A stretch of 64,000 nucleotides of DNA, taken from positions 92,566,001 to 92,630,000 of the forward strand of contig OX597822.1 in assembly GCA_951406725.2 (NCBI GenBank), read 5' to 3'. The stretch is from Octopus vulgaris (Eukaryota). Shown here piece by piece: positions 24,276 through 37,760 of the stretch. Numbering within the stretch: position 1 is the first letter of the stretch; each line of letters opens with the position of its first letter. The translations under genes were made by a program, and so were the position numbers. The notes beneath the pieces are model-generated. The model made no database searches. It was not told where the DNA came from and saw only the letters and a list, made by a program, of their open reading frames with translations.

Positions 24276-25576
24276 AGTATTTATTCTGACTCTCTATACA
24301 CTAAGTTCAAAATCAAACTGAGATCCACTTTGCCTTTCATTCTATTGAGGTCGATAAAAAAAATACCGATCCAGGTTGGTGGATTGGTGGGACTGTTTTA
24401 GAGGGTCAAGTGAGATGACTTGTGGGATCAGTTGCAGCTCTTTGCATTCGAACAGTAACATGTGCAATTAAACTTGTGCCAAACTGTACTGGTCCATGTT
24501 GGCTGTCTTTTCCTTGAATAAGTATCATTGTTATGTAGAGGAGAGACTTGTATGCATGGGTAGTTGCAAGTCTTTCTCACAATAATCTTGCCCTGACCTG
24601 CACATGTATATAATGACACATAGTCAGCATTGAGTAACAGATGTAGCACCAATGATGTGTTGATCTCCAACAGATCTTCAGCATTGACTAAATAGAAGCT
24701 CACTGTTTGATAGCTAATGGCATCATATTTTTGAGCATACACCATTGCACATTATATAATCTTGTAACCTCTTTTCTTTATTCAATTGAATAATGACTAC
24801 TGTAATCCTAAATATATCATATTTGAACAATGACTGCATGGTCATTGAAATGGCTTTGATCATAGATCTGCCTGATCAGGGCTGATTTGGGATTAAGTAA
24901 TAACCTCTAGTTTTATTCCTCAGCAGACAAAGGAATAAAGAAGCTGCATCCAAAGTAAATGGTACTCAAGTGGAGTGTAAGGTTATGGCAATTTAATTTT
25001 CTTTTCATCTCCCAAAACTTTATATCATCATTATTATTTAATGTTCATTGTTGGCATATGGTTTGACAAGAACTGACAAGCCAGAGGACTATGCCAAGTG
25101 CCAATGTCTGATCTGGAATGGTTTCTATGGCTGGATACCTTTCCTAATATCAACCACTTTACTGTGTGTACTGAGTGCTTTTTTCATGGCATTGCCACTA
25201 GTGAGGTCACCAAATAATGACTTGCCAAACAAACCCCATCAACTGAATGGCAGAATGCTTTTGAGGGAGGTAAAAGTATCATAGAGGAAGATACAGAGGT
25301 TTCTTGCTGAAGTGGAGATATGAGGCTCTCCCCCATCTGGAAAGAGAGAGATAGTGAGGGTGCATCCACACAGTACAAGATGAATATAAGAGAAAGACTA
25401 GAGATAGAGACTCTCACTTGTAGTGTCAACATTGATGGGTGTTTTTCAGGTTGTCTGTTAATAGAGGATGTGATTGCTTAGAGATGTTGAAGTTTTCTGT
25501 GGTTGAGATCTAACACACACACACACACACACACTGCAAATAGCATTATGAAAAATTTAGTAAAAAAATTACTTAC

Positions 25577-25624
25577 GAGTTTCATCTCCAGTAATTAAAT
25601 CTGGTGGTATATAACGAGAACTTC
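25577..25624 (-). CDS. PLAA: PLAA exon 9 (48-nt linker exon)
   Basis: GSSRYIPPDLITGDET continues the DPxTGxxRYxP motif; polypyrimidine tract plus CAG acceptor, GTAAG donor; phase 1-1. Confidence 0.87.
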
Positions 25625-26472
25625 CTGTTAAAAAAAAACAAAGCAAAGAAAGAATTGAGAGGAATATTTTAGACAACATTGGAAGATATAGTAAAAAAGA
25701 ATTTTAAAAAATCATCTTAATCTAGAAGAGAAATTGGAGTAATTTAGCTTGTTTATTGTAAAATTAAACAGACTGAGATAAAACAAATACAGAGACATTT
25801 GGAAATGTCAGCAACAATTTTATTTTAAGTACAGCTGCATGTCAAAGATGTTTGCTTAACTACATAGCTTCAGGTTCCGTCCACTTACAAGGCATTTTAG
25901 GCAAGTGTTTTCTACTCTAGCCCTGGATCGACCAAAGCCTTGTGAGTGTATTTGGTAAATGGAAACTGAAAAAAGTCCATGAACATGTATATAAATGTAT
26001 ATATGTGTGCGTCTCCTTGCCTTGGCATCATGAGATAGTTCTAAAAGAGCATCATCATCATCATACAAGCAGTAGTGTTATTTGTTTCCAATCTTCTAAG
26101 GAAACATGTTCAGCCAGAGGAAAATATTAGCTTGCTTGGAAACAGGAAAAGTATCCAGCTGTAGAGAATCTGCCAATGATGATGAAAGCGGAGCTGATAT
26201 TTTATAAAAGCATCATCACTCAATGACAGCCAGGATTCAACAATAGAGGTTATTCTTATATCTTTACCTCAAACTCAGTGTTTACGACTGTTAATGTATT
26301 CAACACAACAATAAAGGTGATGTAAATTGTAAAAACAGCATGAATTGATAACATGTTTGATCCAAAGACAAATGTTAGGTTTACAGTTTTAACCTAAAGT
26401 TACTGGTTGCTTATTGAAAGACAAATAGGCTTTGGTTAATTATTAAAAACAAAGTTCTAAGCTAACAATATA

Positions 26473-26700
26473 TATTTCTTTACTACCCACAAGGGGCTAA
26501 ACACAGAGGAGACAAACAAGGACAGACAAACGGATTAAGTCGATTACATCGACCCCAGTGCGTAACTGGTACTTAATTTATCGACCCAGGAAGGATGAAA
26601 GGCAAAGTCGACCTCGGCGGAATTTGAACCCAGAACGTAACGGCAGACGAAATACGGCAACGCATTTCGCGCGGCGTGCTAACGTTTCTGCCAGCTCGCC
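26473..26700 (-). mobile_element. Young Nin/Deu-domain SINE with 15-bp TSD
   Basis: CpGs intact; TSD taagctaacaatata at 26458-26472 and 26701-26715. Confidence 0.9.
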
Positions 26701-27801
26701 TAAGCTAACAATATAGATATAGTAGGCGCGGGCATGGCTGTGTAGTTAGGGAGCTTGCTTCCTAGCTACATGGTTTTGGGTTCAGTCCCACTGCGTGGCA
26801 CTTTGGGCAGGTGTCTTCTACTATAGCCCTGAGCCTACCAAAGCTTTGTGATTGAATTTGGTAGGCGGAAGTTACTGCCATGTGTGTATATGTGCATATA
26901 GGTGCTCAGTGCCTCTCCAAAAGAGAGAGAGAGGGAGAGGGTAACAAAAAAAAATCCCAACAGAAAACAATATAGTTTTAATTGTTTTAAGCTCTTTAGT
27001 TACTACCATAAACTCCAATGTACCCCCTCCCCAATACTATTTTCCTTCCAAGAGAATTCTTATAAGCAATGGACAGTGTTTGTGTGTATGTGTATGCAGA
27101 TACACAAACCCAAAATACTATGTAGTGGGCCTGAACTAGAAACTGCTGCGACGAGAGGCAAATTTCTTAATCATACTATACTTGCACCCATATCTGTGTG
27201 TGTGTGTGTGTGAGTGTGTATACATCATTATTTTATATGAAATATTTTATACATTCATGAAGGTATTGCTGTTGGAACAATTCTTTTTTCCATAGCTAGT
27301 CATCAGTACACACGAAACCTGTTTTTTGTCAGTTAGATGAACTGGAACAAACAGAATGGTGTACTTTGATCTGGAACTCAATATGGCTTCAGGAAGATGT
27401 GGGCTTATGACCATCTACTCTGTAGTTAAGTTTCTAAACTTTAGCCTTTTTGTAATTTCATTATGGGACACCATTTTGCATTGCCACTGAACATGTCAGA
27501 CAAGAAAGACAGTAATGTTAATATTTATATTTGTTTATTGGTTTCAGTCCCTGGGTGTACAAGCTTCTAGGGGTATAGTTGATTATATTAACTATGGATT
27601 ACATTTTACTGACCTGGAAGGATAATAGCCAAAGTAGACTAGGTAGCATTTGAACTCAGAACATAACCACATATAAGGTATTTTGTCTGATGCTCACCGA
27701 TTCTATGATTCCCTCATTGTGTCTTTTTTTTTGCTTTAAATCAAGATTGCATTCGTGTGTTTGTATGTATGTCAATGAAACTAGATTAAAATTATATTCA
27801 C

Positions 27802-28024
27802 CAGTCAAAGGATCACTGTAAGCTTGTGTTGAAACAACATGTGGCTGGGCTGCTTTAGAGTTATCGATAATAAACTTAGCTACTTGGTCTAAGAACATTG
27901 GACTCAAGTCATTGGCCTGTAAGAACTCGTTTGCCGCTGACCATGGATTCTCATCTAGGTTGTATGGTAATTTCAAAGCTGGGACATTTGGGTCTATGTC
28001 CACACTAAAAACATAATCATATTC
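27802..28024 (-). CDS. PLAA: PLAA exon 8 (PFU ubiquitin-binding domain)
   Basis: EYDYVFSVDID...LKLPYNLDENPWSAANEFLQANDLSPMFLDQVAKFIIDNSK...SDPLT; 223 nt, phase 0 to 1. Confidence 0.97.
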
Positions 28025-28049
28025 CTGAAAATAGAAAAAGAAAACATTT

Positions 28050-28430
28050 ATATATATATATATAATATTAGGGAGTATAACTCCAAACTTACAGGGAAAA
28101 ATTCAATCAAGTATTAAATCAAATTTCACAATATGAATATGTATAAATTAGAGAAAAACCACTATTATGCAATTCAAACAACGATAGACATAAACCAAAT
28201 CATAAATAAAAAATAAAATATATTTTAAAACATATAACTAGATCACAAAAAGTACAAAAATGAATAAACAATATATAATAAGTAAAAAGAGTACGTACGT
28301 TTCATGGCTATAATTTAAATTCAAATTACAATTAAATTTACATTTAATCGAAAAACAATTCAATTTAAAATTATAGTCACTCCTCAGGTCAACAATAATA
28401 GTTAAATAAATAAGCAAATAGAATTAAACA
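28050..28430 (-). mobile_element. Family F (TA)n-anchored element with a hammerhead at 28289-28390
   Basis: Minus strand: gac CTGAGGA gtgactataattttaaatt...aatttaaattatagccat GAA ACGTACGT A ctc; long AT-rich stem II, palindromic stem III, weak stem I. Confidence 0.65.
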
Positions 28431-28758
28431 TACATGCACACTAAGTGTCTTGAGAGAAAAGTTGGGCATAAGAGGTATACAATGTGGTGTGCAAGAGAGA
28501 TGACTGTCTTGGTATGGTCATGTGTTGTGGATGAATACTAGCTTCATTTCTTTCAAGCCTATGCATGTCCTCGGCAGCCACAGCCCATGTTTCACTGTCA
28601 TGTAGCATAGCTGTTTGCACACAAACATCATACAATCTGCCTTTCTTAAAGAAATAAAATCATGATTGTTCTTATAGAAGAAACTCCATTAACTAAATTC
28701 GAAACTTAAAACATTAGGACCAGGTGCCTATAATACATTTATCATGTTAAATATTTAA

Positions 28759-29827
28759 CCCTTTCGTTACTATATTTCTGACCAAAATACACCCCTTATG
28801 TGTTTCAATTAATTTCTAATATAATCATAAATTTAGTCTGGTTTCATTAAACAACTATAACTTTTTTATTTATCAATATTTTATCTGATTTTTGGAAGAT
28901 AATTTAATGAAATGTTCTCAATACTATAATTTTTGTCACAAAGTGACTCTAATTGCAGGTAGATACAGGTAAATTCAACAAAATATAAAATTATAAAAAT
29001 TTTTGTTCAAACATCGCTATAGAAAATGGGTTATTAGCTAATATTCAATTGGGTATACAACAAAATTTTACTATAGAATTTGTTATTCTGGGTAACTTTC
29101 TGATACCCATAATAACATTTATGGCAAAATAAGCCTTAATTTCATTTAAGGTTGTGGGAAACCACAAAGTATCCTTTCTTTCGCTTTGTTTACATTTAGC
29201 GTAACGGTTCGTTTCCGCTGTAATGATTTCAAATAGGCTCATTCAAAAAAGTAAAAAGAGATAGTCTAAGGCTTTACTCTCCTGGGAAAGATTGTGGCTT
29301 GGTCCAGTTTCTTCAGAAAAATCACTGAAAGAAACAGTTTTAAAATTTTCACTCCATTCAGGTGCCAATTCATTTTCTCTATTGCTGTCGGAGCTCTCGG
29401 ATTCACTGTTTCATTTTCGGAAAATGAAACATCGGATTCATTATCAAATACCACGTGCTTTTTTTTTTCAGTCATAGAGTTAGATTTATCAAGGTCTTCA
29501 GTAGAAAAGCCTTCGAATTCTGACTCGCTGCTTGATATAATGAAATTCATATCCATTTTTTGTCAGAATTACAAATTTTGAAAACACAATAGGAACAAAT
29601 TTCGGAAAAAAATCTCCCAAAATTCACGGAATTAAAATTACACTTCAATCATTGTACAATACTGTAGATGAACTGTTTACGAAGGATAATCAGATGTTTT
29701 CACGAATGTATTAAAGAGATTTGATCTGATATTCTCATTTAAATATGAATAGGTAAATATGGGCGGGTTTGGTCACATAAACCTAAATTTTTTTCGGGCG
29801 GCTTTGAGCGGTTTGGTAATGAAAGGG
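28759..29827 (-). mobile_element. Internally deleted piggyBac element
   Basis: TTAA at 28755-28758 and 29828-29831; TIRs CCCTTTCGTTAC / GTAATGAAAGGG; PGBD4-like fragments (ETNRYA...WFPTTLNEIKAYFAINVIMGI). Confidence 0.92.
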
Positions 29828-29949
29828 TTAAGGTAAGAAAAAAAAGAGTAAATAGATAGAAAAATGTATTTAAAGGCCCTTTGTTACCAATAGGGGTAAG
29901 AGCTCTCTGAACTTTGCCTAGCCTATTCTTATTCTAGCAGCTATGCTCT

Positions 29950-30526
29950 CGGAGCATCCACCTCCACTGCTGACTTGGTCACCTAGATAATAGAAGCTAT
30001 CAACTATTTCTAGCTTTCCCCACTGGCATTTGATGGAGTCTATTTTCTGTACATTTGTAGTGTTTAATGTACCTGTGCACCTTCCACATACAAAAACTAG
30101 TTTCCCTGTTAACCTTCATCTGATGTTGCTGCACCTCTTATGTGTTCATAGCTAACACTGGGTACATCTTATGGAATTACTACCTATATCTTTTCTAAAG
30201 ACTAAGCAGGATCATCTGCCTGAAGGGATTTGTGACTTGTCTGCTTCCCTACTTACTAAGACTTTAGTTTTTGCTAGATTAACTCTAAGGCTCTTTGATT
30301 CTAGACCTTGCTTCCACACCTGAAATTTCTTCTCTAGTTCTGGTAGTGGTGATTCAGCTCTAAGAGCAAGGTTATCAGCATAGAGGAGCTCCCAGAGACA
30401 GTTTGTCTTAAATTCCTCTGTTATTGCCTGGAGGACTATGATGAACAAGAGAGGGCTGTGAACTGAGTCTTGGTGGACCCTTACTTGTACCCTGAATTCA
30501 TCACTATATTCATTGCTAATCTTCAT
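29950..30526 (-). mobile_element. LINE (RTE-like) RT fragment
   Basis: VRVHQDSVHSPLLF...LLYADNLAL...LRVNLAKTKVL. A related 3' fragment lies at 28441-28645. Confidence 0.88.
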
Positions 30527-31217
30527 TTGCTATTTGATAAACTATCAATTGTTAGGGCTTAAAATAATGCAAGTACCAAACTATGTGCCATTGCATAGTT
30601 TCAAAACTTTTGCCATCTCAAAAATGACACAAGGTGCTACAACACCCTGGGTTACAAGGCCACAACTCTTCAGTTATATTATAAGGAGGATATTAGTGGA
30701 ATTGATGTTGACACTTTCAAAACAGATTTTGACATCCTGCATGCACAGTTCTATGAATTGGCCTACATTGCAGCAGCATATACAGATGAGAGACTTGTCG
30801 CTGTCCACCATTAGTCATCAAATGCCTTGAGGTTCAAGGTCCTGAGATCAACCTTCACAACTCTGTCTTATGTCTTCCTGGGCCTCCCACTTCCACAAGC
30901 TCTATCCACACTTCTTTATACAGCTGTCCTCCATATGCATCACATGTCCATACCAGCGCAGTCTTCTTTCTTGCTCACTGCATCTGATTTCTTTTATGCC
31001 CAGTTTTTTTCTCAACTCATTTGTATTCTATCATTCATGCACACTTAGAGTGCACATGCAACAGAGTATGCTAGCTTCATTTCTTTCCAGTCTTCTTAAG
31101 TTCTCTGCATTCAAGGCCCATCACATTTTTACTTCCACTTTTTCTGTGTTGGTATTGGCTGAAATGCAAAGCAGCATTATAAATTTAAAAAAAGATAAAA
31201 ATTTTCAAAGTCCTAAC

Positions 31218-31372
31218 CTTTCCTTTGTACAATGTTTTCCCTTGTGGAGCATGGTCATTGCTACCTGATCCTGTGACATCCCCAAGTAAATCCCACTGTT
31301 CACTGTTAGTGTTCCATACATACATCATTATTTTATCACCATCTCTTACCATTCGCTGCTGACCAGCCTGAC
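31218..31372 (-). CDS. PLAA: PLAA exon 7 (start of PFU domain)
   Basis: GQAGQQRMVRDGDKIMMYVWNTNSEQWDLLGDVTGSGS...GKTLYKGK; 155 nt, phase 1 to 0. Confidence 0.95.
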
Positions 31373-32473
31373 CTGCAAAGAGGAAAAGAAGTTTAAAATC
31401 AATCAATACACCAGCTAAGCCAAAAGAACAGGGAACAACAAAGTACTAAAGGCCACAAATTTTAAAGGGTGAGGGTTGTAGTTTATTGATAAATTTGACA
31501 AGAAATGAAAATCAAGACCCTAATCTAAGCTAATGTAACTTCATGGCAAAGTTCAATATTAAATTCGAAAAACTGAAGAATCAATTTAAGGTGTTGTATA
31601 TATGAAAATTATAAGTTCAAACATTTCAGAATAAAAAATCTTATTTGGTCAAGTTCAGTGATATGGGAAAAATTAAAAAGAAACTGCAACACCATGAGTC
31701 CATATCTTATTGCAGGCAATTCCTATTTTCCTTAATTCTGATTAATACTACAATGTACATAACTATAAAATAAAGATTAGACTTTCTGATAAAGTGACCT
31801 GATCATCTAGTGTTGTATCTAAGGATAATTTAGATTTTAACTTTGTAACACTATTGAAGAACTGCTGATATTCACAAGAAATTCAACTTTATAAATTTAT
31901 TTAAATGCTAGGCTTGAATCCAGGTGCCTGTGGGTCAGTATTTCAGCTACTCAGAGTTAGTTGATGTAAAAATGTCCTTTTCTCATCATATGGCTTGAAC
32001 TGGCCTCTGCTCTTGGACCATGCATTCTAGCTTATCTGATGTCCATGAGATTAAGGCAAAAAAAAAAAAAAAGGCTTTTCAATACCAGTTATTAAGAATA
32101 GTAAAGAATGAAGCTTCAGTAGAGTTTGAAGGATGTATGGTTTTGAATTAATAAAGGGAAGATTACAAAAATAAATTTTAAAAAACCAAAAAGAACAAAG
32201 TCTAATATGTAATTAGTTCCATACACTGAGGTTTTGTTATTGTTTAAATAAATTGTGATTCATCAACATCATTGTTGATTGGAATATATTAAAGATAAGT
32301 ACAGACTTGTATAAAATAGAACAAATATCTTGAGCAAACTAGAACACTAACTTGTTTAAAAGAAGAAATAATTATGTCTGGATTTAAATTCTTAACCACT
32401 GAATCAGAATCCAGCATGTAAACCATTCAGCTATGACAGAAAATATGTAGCATAAATAGAAATATGTATTTAC

Positions 32474-32634
32474 CAGGTTTTCTTAAGACTTCCAAACCAG
32501 GAATGTCTTCCATCTTCACTCCAGCTACTTTAGAAGGAGCATTACTGAGAGTTACCAGATCATCATATGTCTTTTGGTCTTCAACAGCGGCCATACGGTC
32601 AGTATTTCGGGTAAACACTCGTATCATGGCATCA
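32474..32634 (-). CDS. PLAA: PLAA exon 6
   Basis: SDAMIRVFTRNTDRMAAVEDQKTYDD...IPGLEVLRKP; TAG acceptor; 161 nt, phase 2 to 1. Confidence 0.94.
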
Positions 32635-35600
32635 CTATATGATGAAAATATGTATAAAATGAATGACAATGAGAAAGAGAGAGGTGGTGGTGGGGCTCAA
32701 TAGTTATGAGACAACAAAGAGAAACAAGGTAGGTGAAATTGTTGGGATATACCAGGATGCCCAGACTGTTACTCTGCATTCTACTAGGAGCCATCTCTGC
32801 ATGTTGGAGTATATAGTATGGTGTCTGCTAGGTGGGATATAGTATAACTGAAAAAAAAAACCCCATCTGTAGACACACCTAGTTGTTAGGTCAAATCCTT
32901 GCTTACCACAGAACTGGAGATACACAACAACTGAAATGCTGGTAGTTTACATCTAGCACTACTATTTCTCCTGTTTCCTTCACTAAGAGTGGGTATCACT
33001 ACGGAATGCCATACAATGGAGACAAGCACAGTTTGAACACACAAAAACACACTTTTTTGCTTCATCATTTTCATGTCAAAATATTTTCTGAAGAAAATTA
33101 TAAATCATTTGATAGTTCTGGATGTGAACTTTCTTCCCATGTAGTTTTAATTATAATCTGACAGTCACATACCATGTCAGGATCTCTCAAACATCCTGGT
33201 ATTTCTGTGTACTTACAAAGTTTGTCCTGTTTTTTTTTTTGGACTGCTGAATGGTAGCCCTCATTCTAATTCAATGTGCCCTAGTGTGATAACACAAAAT
33301 AAGTTTAAAACCATACTATCATGAAGAGGAAGGTTTTTGCTTTATTTTGATATAAAAATCGATGGAGGTAGGTCAGATAATCATTACGAAATATAAAAGT
33401 TAAAATTTCATTGCTAAGTTTTCACTTAAAAAAGGACATATTTTCTTCAAGAATTTTATATCATAATAAAAAAAAAAATTCTCATAAATTCAATATAGGC
33501 ATTGCTAAATCTGGCCACAGTATGGTGAAAAGTGCAAAGTGAGTAAAGAGGGTGGTATATTGACCCTACTTGCCAAACTGAGATATTCGCATGTGACAAG
33601 AGGTCAAACAGAACACAAATCCAAAACTTCAAATCTCAAGTTTGAGGCAGAAGTTCAAAAAAGGGACAAACTAATTACTATGTAAACATATATTTCTACA
33701 CAAAATGCATTAAATTGAGTTTAATAAGTCTTTTGAAACACAAGCTTAGCATGAAATCGTATTGAGAATGTTGTTTATTCCCTTTCCTTGTTTTAACATG
33801 TGGAGAGCTGCTAGGCAAGTCTAGTGGATATTCTTGTACATGTAAATTTCCTTTTCTTTGAGAAATAGTGGTAAAATTCCACCAATAAAATTATATTGTA
33901 TAAAGAATATAATTTTGTAGACTATTAAAGTCAGATGTGGGTTTTTTTACCCCCCACCCAATTTGGAATACAGTCGGGATAATTTGTGTCAGTGTTTACA
34001 TATTCATTTTAGGTCTTTTTTTCCCTCTTTCTTACTAACAAGTTTGCTGTAAGTTACAGATGTTGTTAACGATTTTAATTCATGTTTTTTAAAGCTTAAA
34101 GCAAGGAATTAGGTTTTGCATTTTGTTTGTTATTTAACCTAAGTCTACATGCAATTCTGAGAAAGGTAAGAGGCAGTGACAAGTGACCAAGACTTTTGGC
34201 AATATACCATGCTTGAGAAGACTTGTCAAGCCAAGTGAGATTGTAGTCGTGGCTGATGCTGCTGTTTCATAACTGGCACTTGTGTTGGTAGCACATAAAA
34301 ACGCACCCACTACACTCTCAGAGTGGTTGGTGTTAGGAAGGACATCAGCTGTAGAAAAACCAATGTCAAATCAAGTTGAAACCTGGTGCTCCTCAGCTTA
34401 CCAGATTTCTGTCAAACCATCCAACCCATGTCAACATAGAAAACGGATGTTAAATGATGATGTATTAGGTTGTTGTGGGATGTGCTAAATCACACATCTT
34501 ATCATTGGAAAATACTTTCATAATTTTTTTTTATTGAAAAGGCTTCTCCTATCATTTTAAGTGGCCAAAGTCAAGAAGGGGGTAATCAAAAATTTTCAAA
34601 ATTTTTTTCATAAAAAACTTTCAACAGATGCAGATTTGCCCTCTATAAGGAAAATTGTGAGCTGGGAGAAACCATTCTGGAGAGAAAGGGTTGGCTGAAA
34701 TATTAGCAAGGAATCTGGTATATAATTTCAGGAGGAAAAAAAGATACGTTAGGCTGCGTGATGAGTATCTACAGGCAGCTTGATTTGAGGACCAAAAGTT
34801 ATTGTAGTAGCAATAGAAAAGACAGAGAAGAAATAGCACAACTGGGTTGTAGCTTTTAGCATTTGAATATATTTGTCAATCAGACTTTTGAAGTAGCACT
34901 GTCCTGCAGAGGTCAGCAGTAGTTCAGTGTAGGTCTTACTTGAGGTTCAGTAGAGAGGGTTAACAATTGATCAAGGCTGAAGTATTTTCTGCAATATAAG
35001 AGGAATCCTAGTCTCTGGAATGAAGTTTTTGGGTATATTACATTCTAATGTTCAATGCTAGATAAAACCTCCATAGAACATCATCATCAAAGAAAAATAC
35101 CTTAAGGTATTCTGAGGCTGACAAAATAAGTACCAGTCAAAAAACTGGGATCAATATAATTGACTAAAACCCTTGAACCCTGTGCCCCAGCATGGCCACA
35201 GCCCAATCCCTGAAACCAGTAAAAGAGTGAAAAATAAAGGTAGTATACATTTAATTTCTTCATTTTTAGAATTTTTTTTAATATACTATGCAAGGCTTTG
35301 GATTCCATTCTACCCCCAATATTCTAAGGCAGTTTTGTAATCTATAGCTGCCATGTCATGCTCCTAGATAAGAATTTACACCACCTGTCAGAGTTACTGC
35401 TTAACCTGGTAAAAATAAGCAGCCCAACCTTAAATACCACACTACCATCACTATTAAAGAAGGAAATATTGAACTTCATAGTCTCTCAAACACAAAGATG
35501 AGATGGCTATAGCTGGAATGCTTAACCAGGGTGATAAATAACAAGTTTCCACAGTAGCAAGAAAGAGCTGTGGCTGTATAAACTTGTAACATCTTTAATT

Positions 35601-35743
35601 TGAATGGTAGAAGAAATAGTCATGAAAGAGAGAGATAAAGATGTATCAGAAGAAAAACAGGTACATGTGTATTAAGAATAAACCAGAGTTTAAGTAATAA
35701 CAAAAAAATAAAACCTTTTAAAACAAGCAACAAAATAACTGAC

Positions 35744-36047
35744 CTTCCACCAGTGATAATATCTCCATTCTGTAGGACACACACAGACCATACAGAATTG
35801 CATGGATGGAAGACGGTCTGGACACAGGAAGTGTTTTGCCAAATACGTAGAGTTTTGTCTTCTCCAGTAGTAACAAATCCGTCGTCATTTGGTAGCAAAG
35901 CTAAACTGTAGACAAAGCTGCTGTGTCCATTATAAACATGGATGCATTCCCCACTGAGTAGCCATCGGCGAATGGTCCCATCATTAGAACAAGATAGGAA
36001 CTGGTTGTTGTCAAGGATGGCAATATCTCTCACGCAATCGGTGTGAC
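35744..36047 (-). CDS. PLAA: PLAA exon 5 (WD40 repeats)
   Basis: GHTDCVRDIAIL...FLSCSNDGTIRRW...GHSSFVYS...TTGEDKTLRIW...SVWSVCVLQNGDIITGG; 304 nt, phase 1 to 2. Confidence 0.96.
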
Positions 36048-37199
36048 CTGCAAGGATGAATGATAGTGATAATATGATAATATTCATAACAATAATGATT
36101 TCTTACAAGTGGCATAATGATTGTCAAAAAAAAGAAAAATTTCTTTTGTAGATATTATGGCAATGAATGGGGGACATTACAAAAAAGGGAGTATCAAAAC
36201 AGGAAGGAGGGGTTATGATGTGTGATATGAAGCATGTATACCAAAATGGGACATTGATCTAGGGTAAATCAGGACTTTTTTCAAATCCCAATTGTCCTTC
36301 AATAACAAAGCAAGTGTCCTGTAAAAACTATGAACATAGACAAGAAAATAAGAGATAGGTCTACTCAATGATGCCAAACATACTCTTCTCATCCCTGGTA
36401 GTTCATTTAATACCTATTTTTCCATGCTAGAATGGCTTAGACTGATGGAAATTGAGGCAGAATTTTTATAGCTGGAAGCTATCTGTCAGCAACCTGTACC
36501 AGTTTTTCAAGAAAGAGATTTGATTTTTCTTTTTTATTCCAGAGGAACTCAAAAGCAGAGAACTAGCAGACTTTTCATAGGCAGGTCAACAAACTTTACT
36601 GGTTGCTGCCTAACCACAAATGGTGACATCACCACCCATATCCTTAGCTCAGCTTAGTTTTGTAAACATTTATAGACACATACACAATGGGCTTCTTTCA
36701 GTGTTCATCTACCAAATTCCATAACAAAGAATTAGTCAGCTTGGTAGACACTCGGCCAAGGTACTGTGTAGTAAGACTGAACCTGAAACTAAGTGGCTGA
36801 TGAAGATTTCCTGTTAGAGAGAAAAAAAATCATCTCAACTTCAGACCTTTCAACCATATCCACCAGTCGCTATAGCAACTTATGAGACAGATGATAGCTA
36901 GCATATTCTTGCTACAGGAAGATGGCAGGTGATCTTTACAAAGGACTCAGAAGAGAGCTGGATCTGTGCTAGATGTGACTGCCAGTATATCACAGGTTAT
37001 GGAGGAATAAAGGGAGGTATTATTTGTGTAATAGGGAGTGTTTTGGAGGTGATGGCAAATAGGTTATTGGCAAATAGGTTTTGGAGGTGATGGCAAATAG
37101 GTTATTGAAGAACAGTATAGAGAACAAAACTGAACTTTGAACCACAGCAGAATTGATAGGGTGTAATTCAGGGAGAACTTTATCACCATACATTACAAT

Positions 37200-37500
37200 G
37201 GTGAGATCTGGTAGGAATAGAGCTTACTGACAGGCAGTTTTAGCAACAGATTTGTGTATTAGACACAGTATGAATACTTTGCTGATATCAAAAGCAACAA
37301 CAGTTTTACCAAATTTCTTGAGGGCAAAATAAGTGACATGGAAGAGTAAGTCTCCAGCAGATCTGGCATTGTGAAAGTAGTAATGATGATTGCTAAGGGT
37401 AGAGAGCAATCCAAGGTGGGTGAGAAGATTATTGTTAATGGCCAACACCTTTGACATGTTGGAAATCAGTATGATAGGAGAGGATAACTGGTAGGGTCAG
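37200..37500 (-). mobile_element. Degenerate LINE RT fragment
   Basis: SKVLAINNNL...ARSAGDLL...VAFDISKVF, resembling the RT DxxKAFD region. Confidence 0.55.
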
Positions 37501-37640
37501 AAGAGTTTCTCTCCTTGAGAATGTGACACACAGCAGTGTATTCCAAATGATCATGATATATACAAAGAGAGAGAGAAGGATTGGCAAAGATAAGGATATA
37601 TTTTGTACCCCACTAAAAAGAAAAGGAATATAGGAATTAC

Positions 37641-37760
37641 CTCTTATAACAGATTCACATTTATTATCTCGCCACACACGTATTGTTTTATCTGCAGAAC
37701 CAGTGAGCAGAAGATCAAGGGCAGAATTATACCTCACAACCCATACAGCTGCCTCATGAC
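37641..37760 (-). CDS. PLAA: PLAA exon 4 (WD40)
   Basis: GHEAAVWVVRYNSALDLLLTGSADKTIRVWRDNKCESVIR; 120 nt, phase 1-1. Confidence 0.95.
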
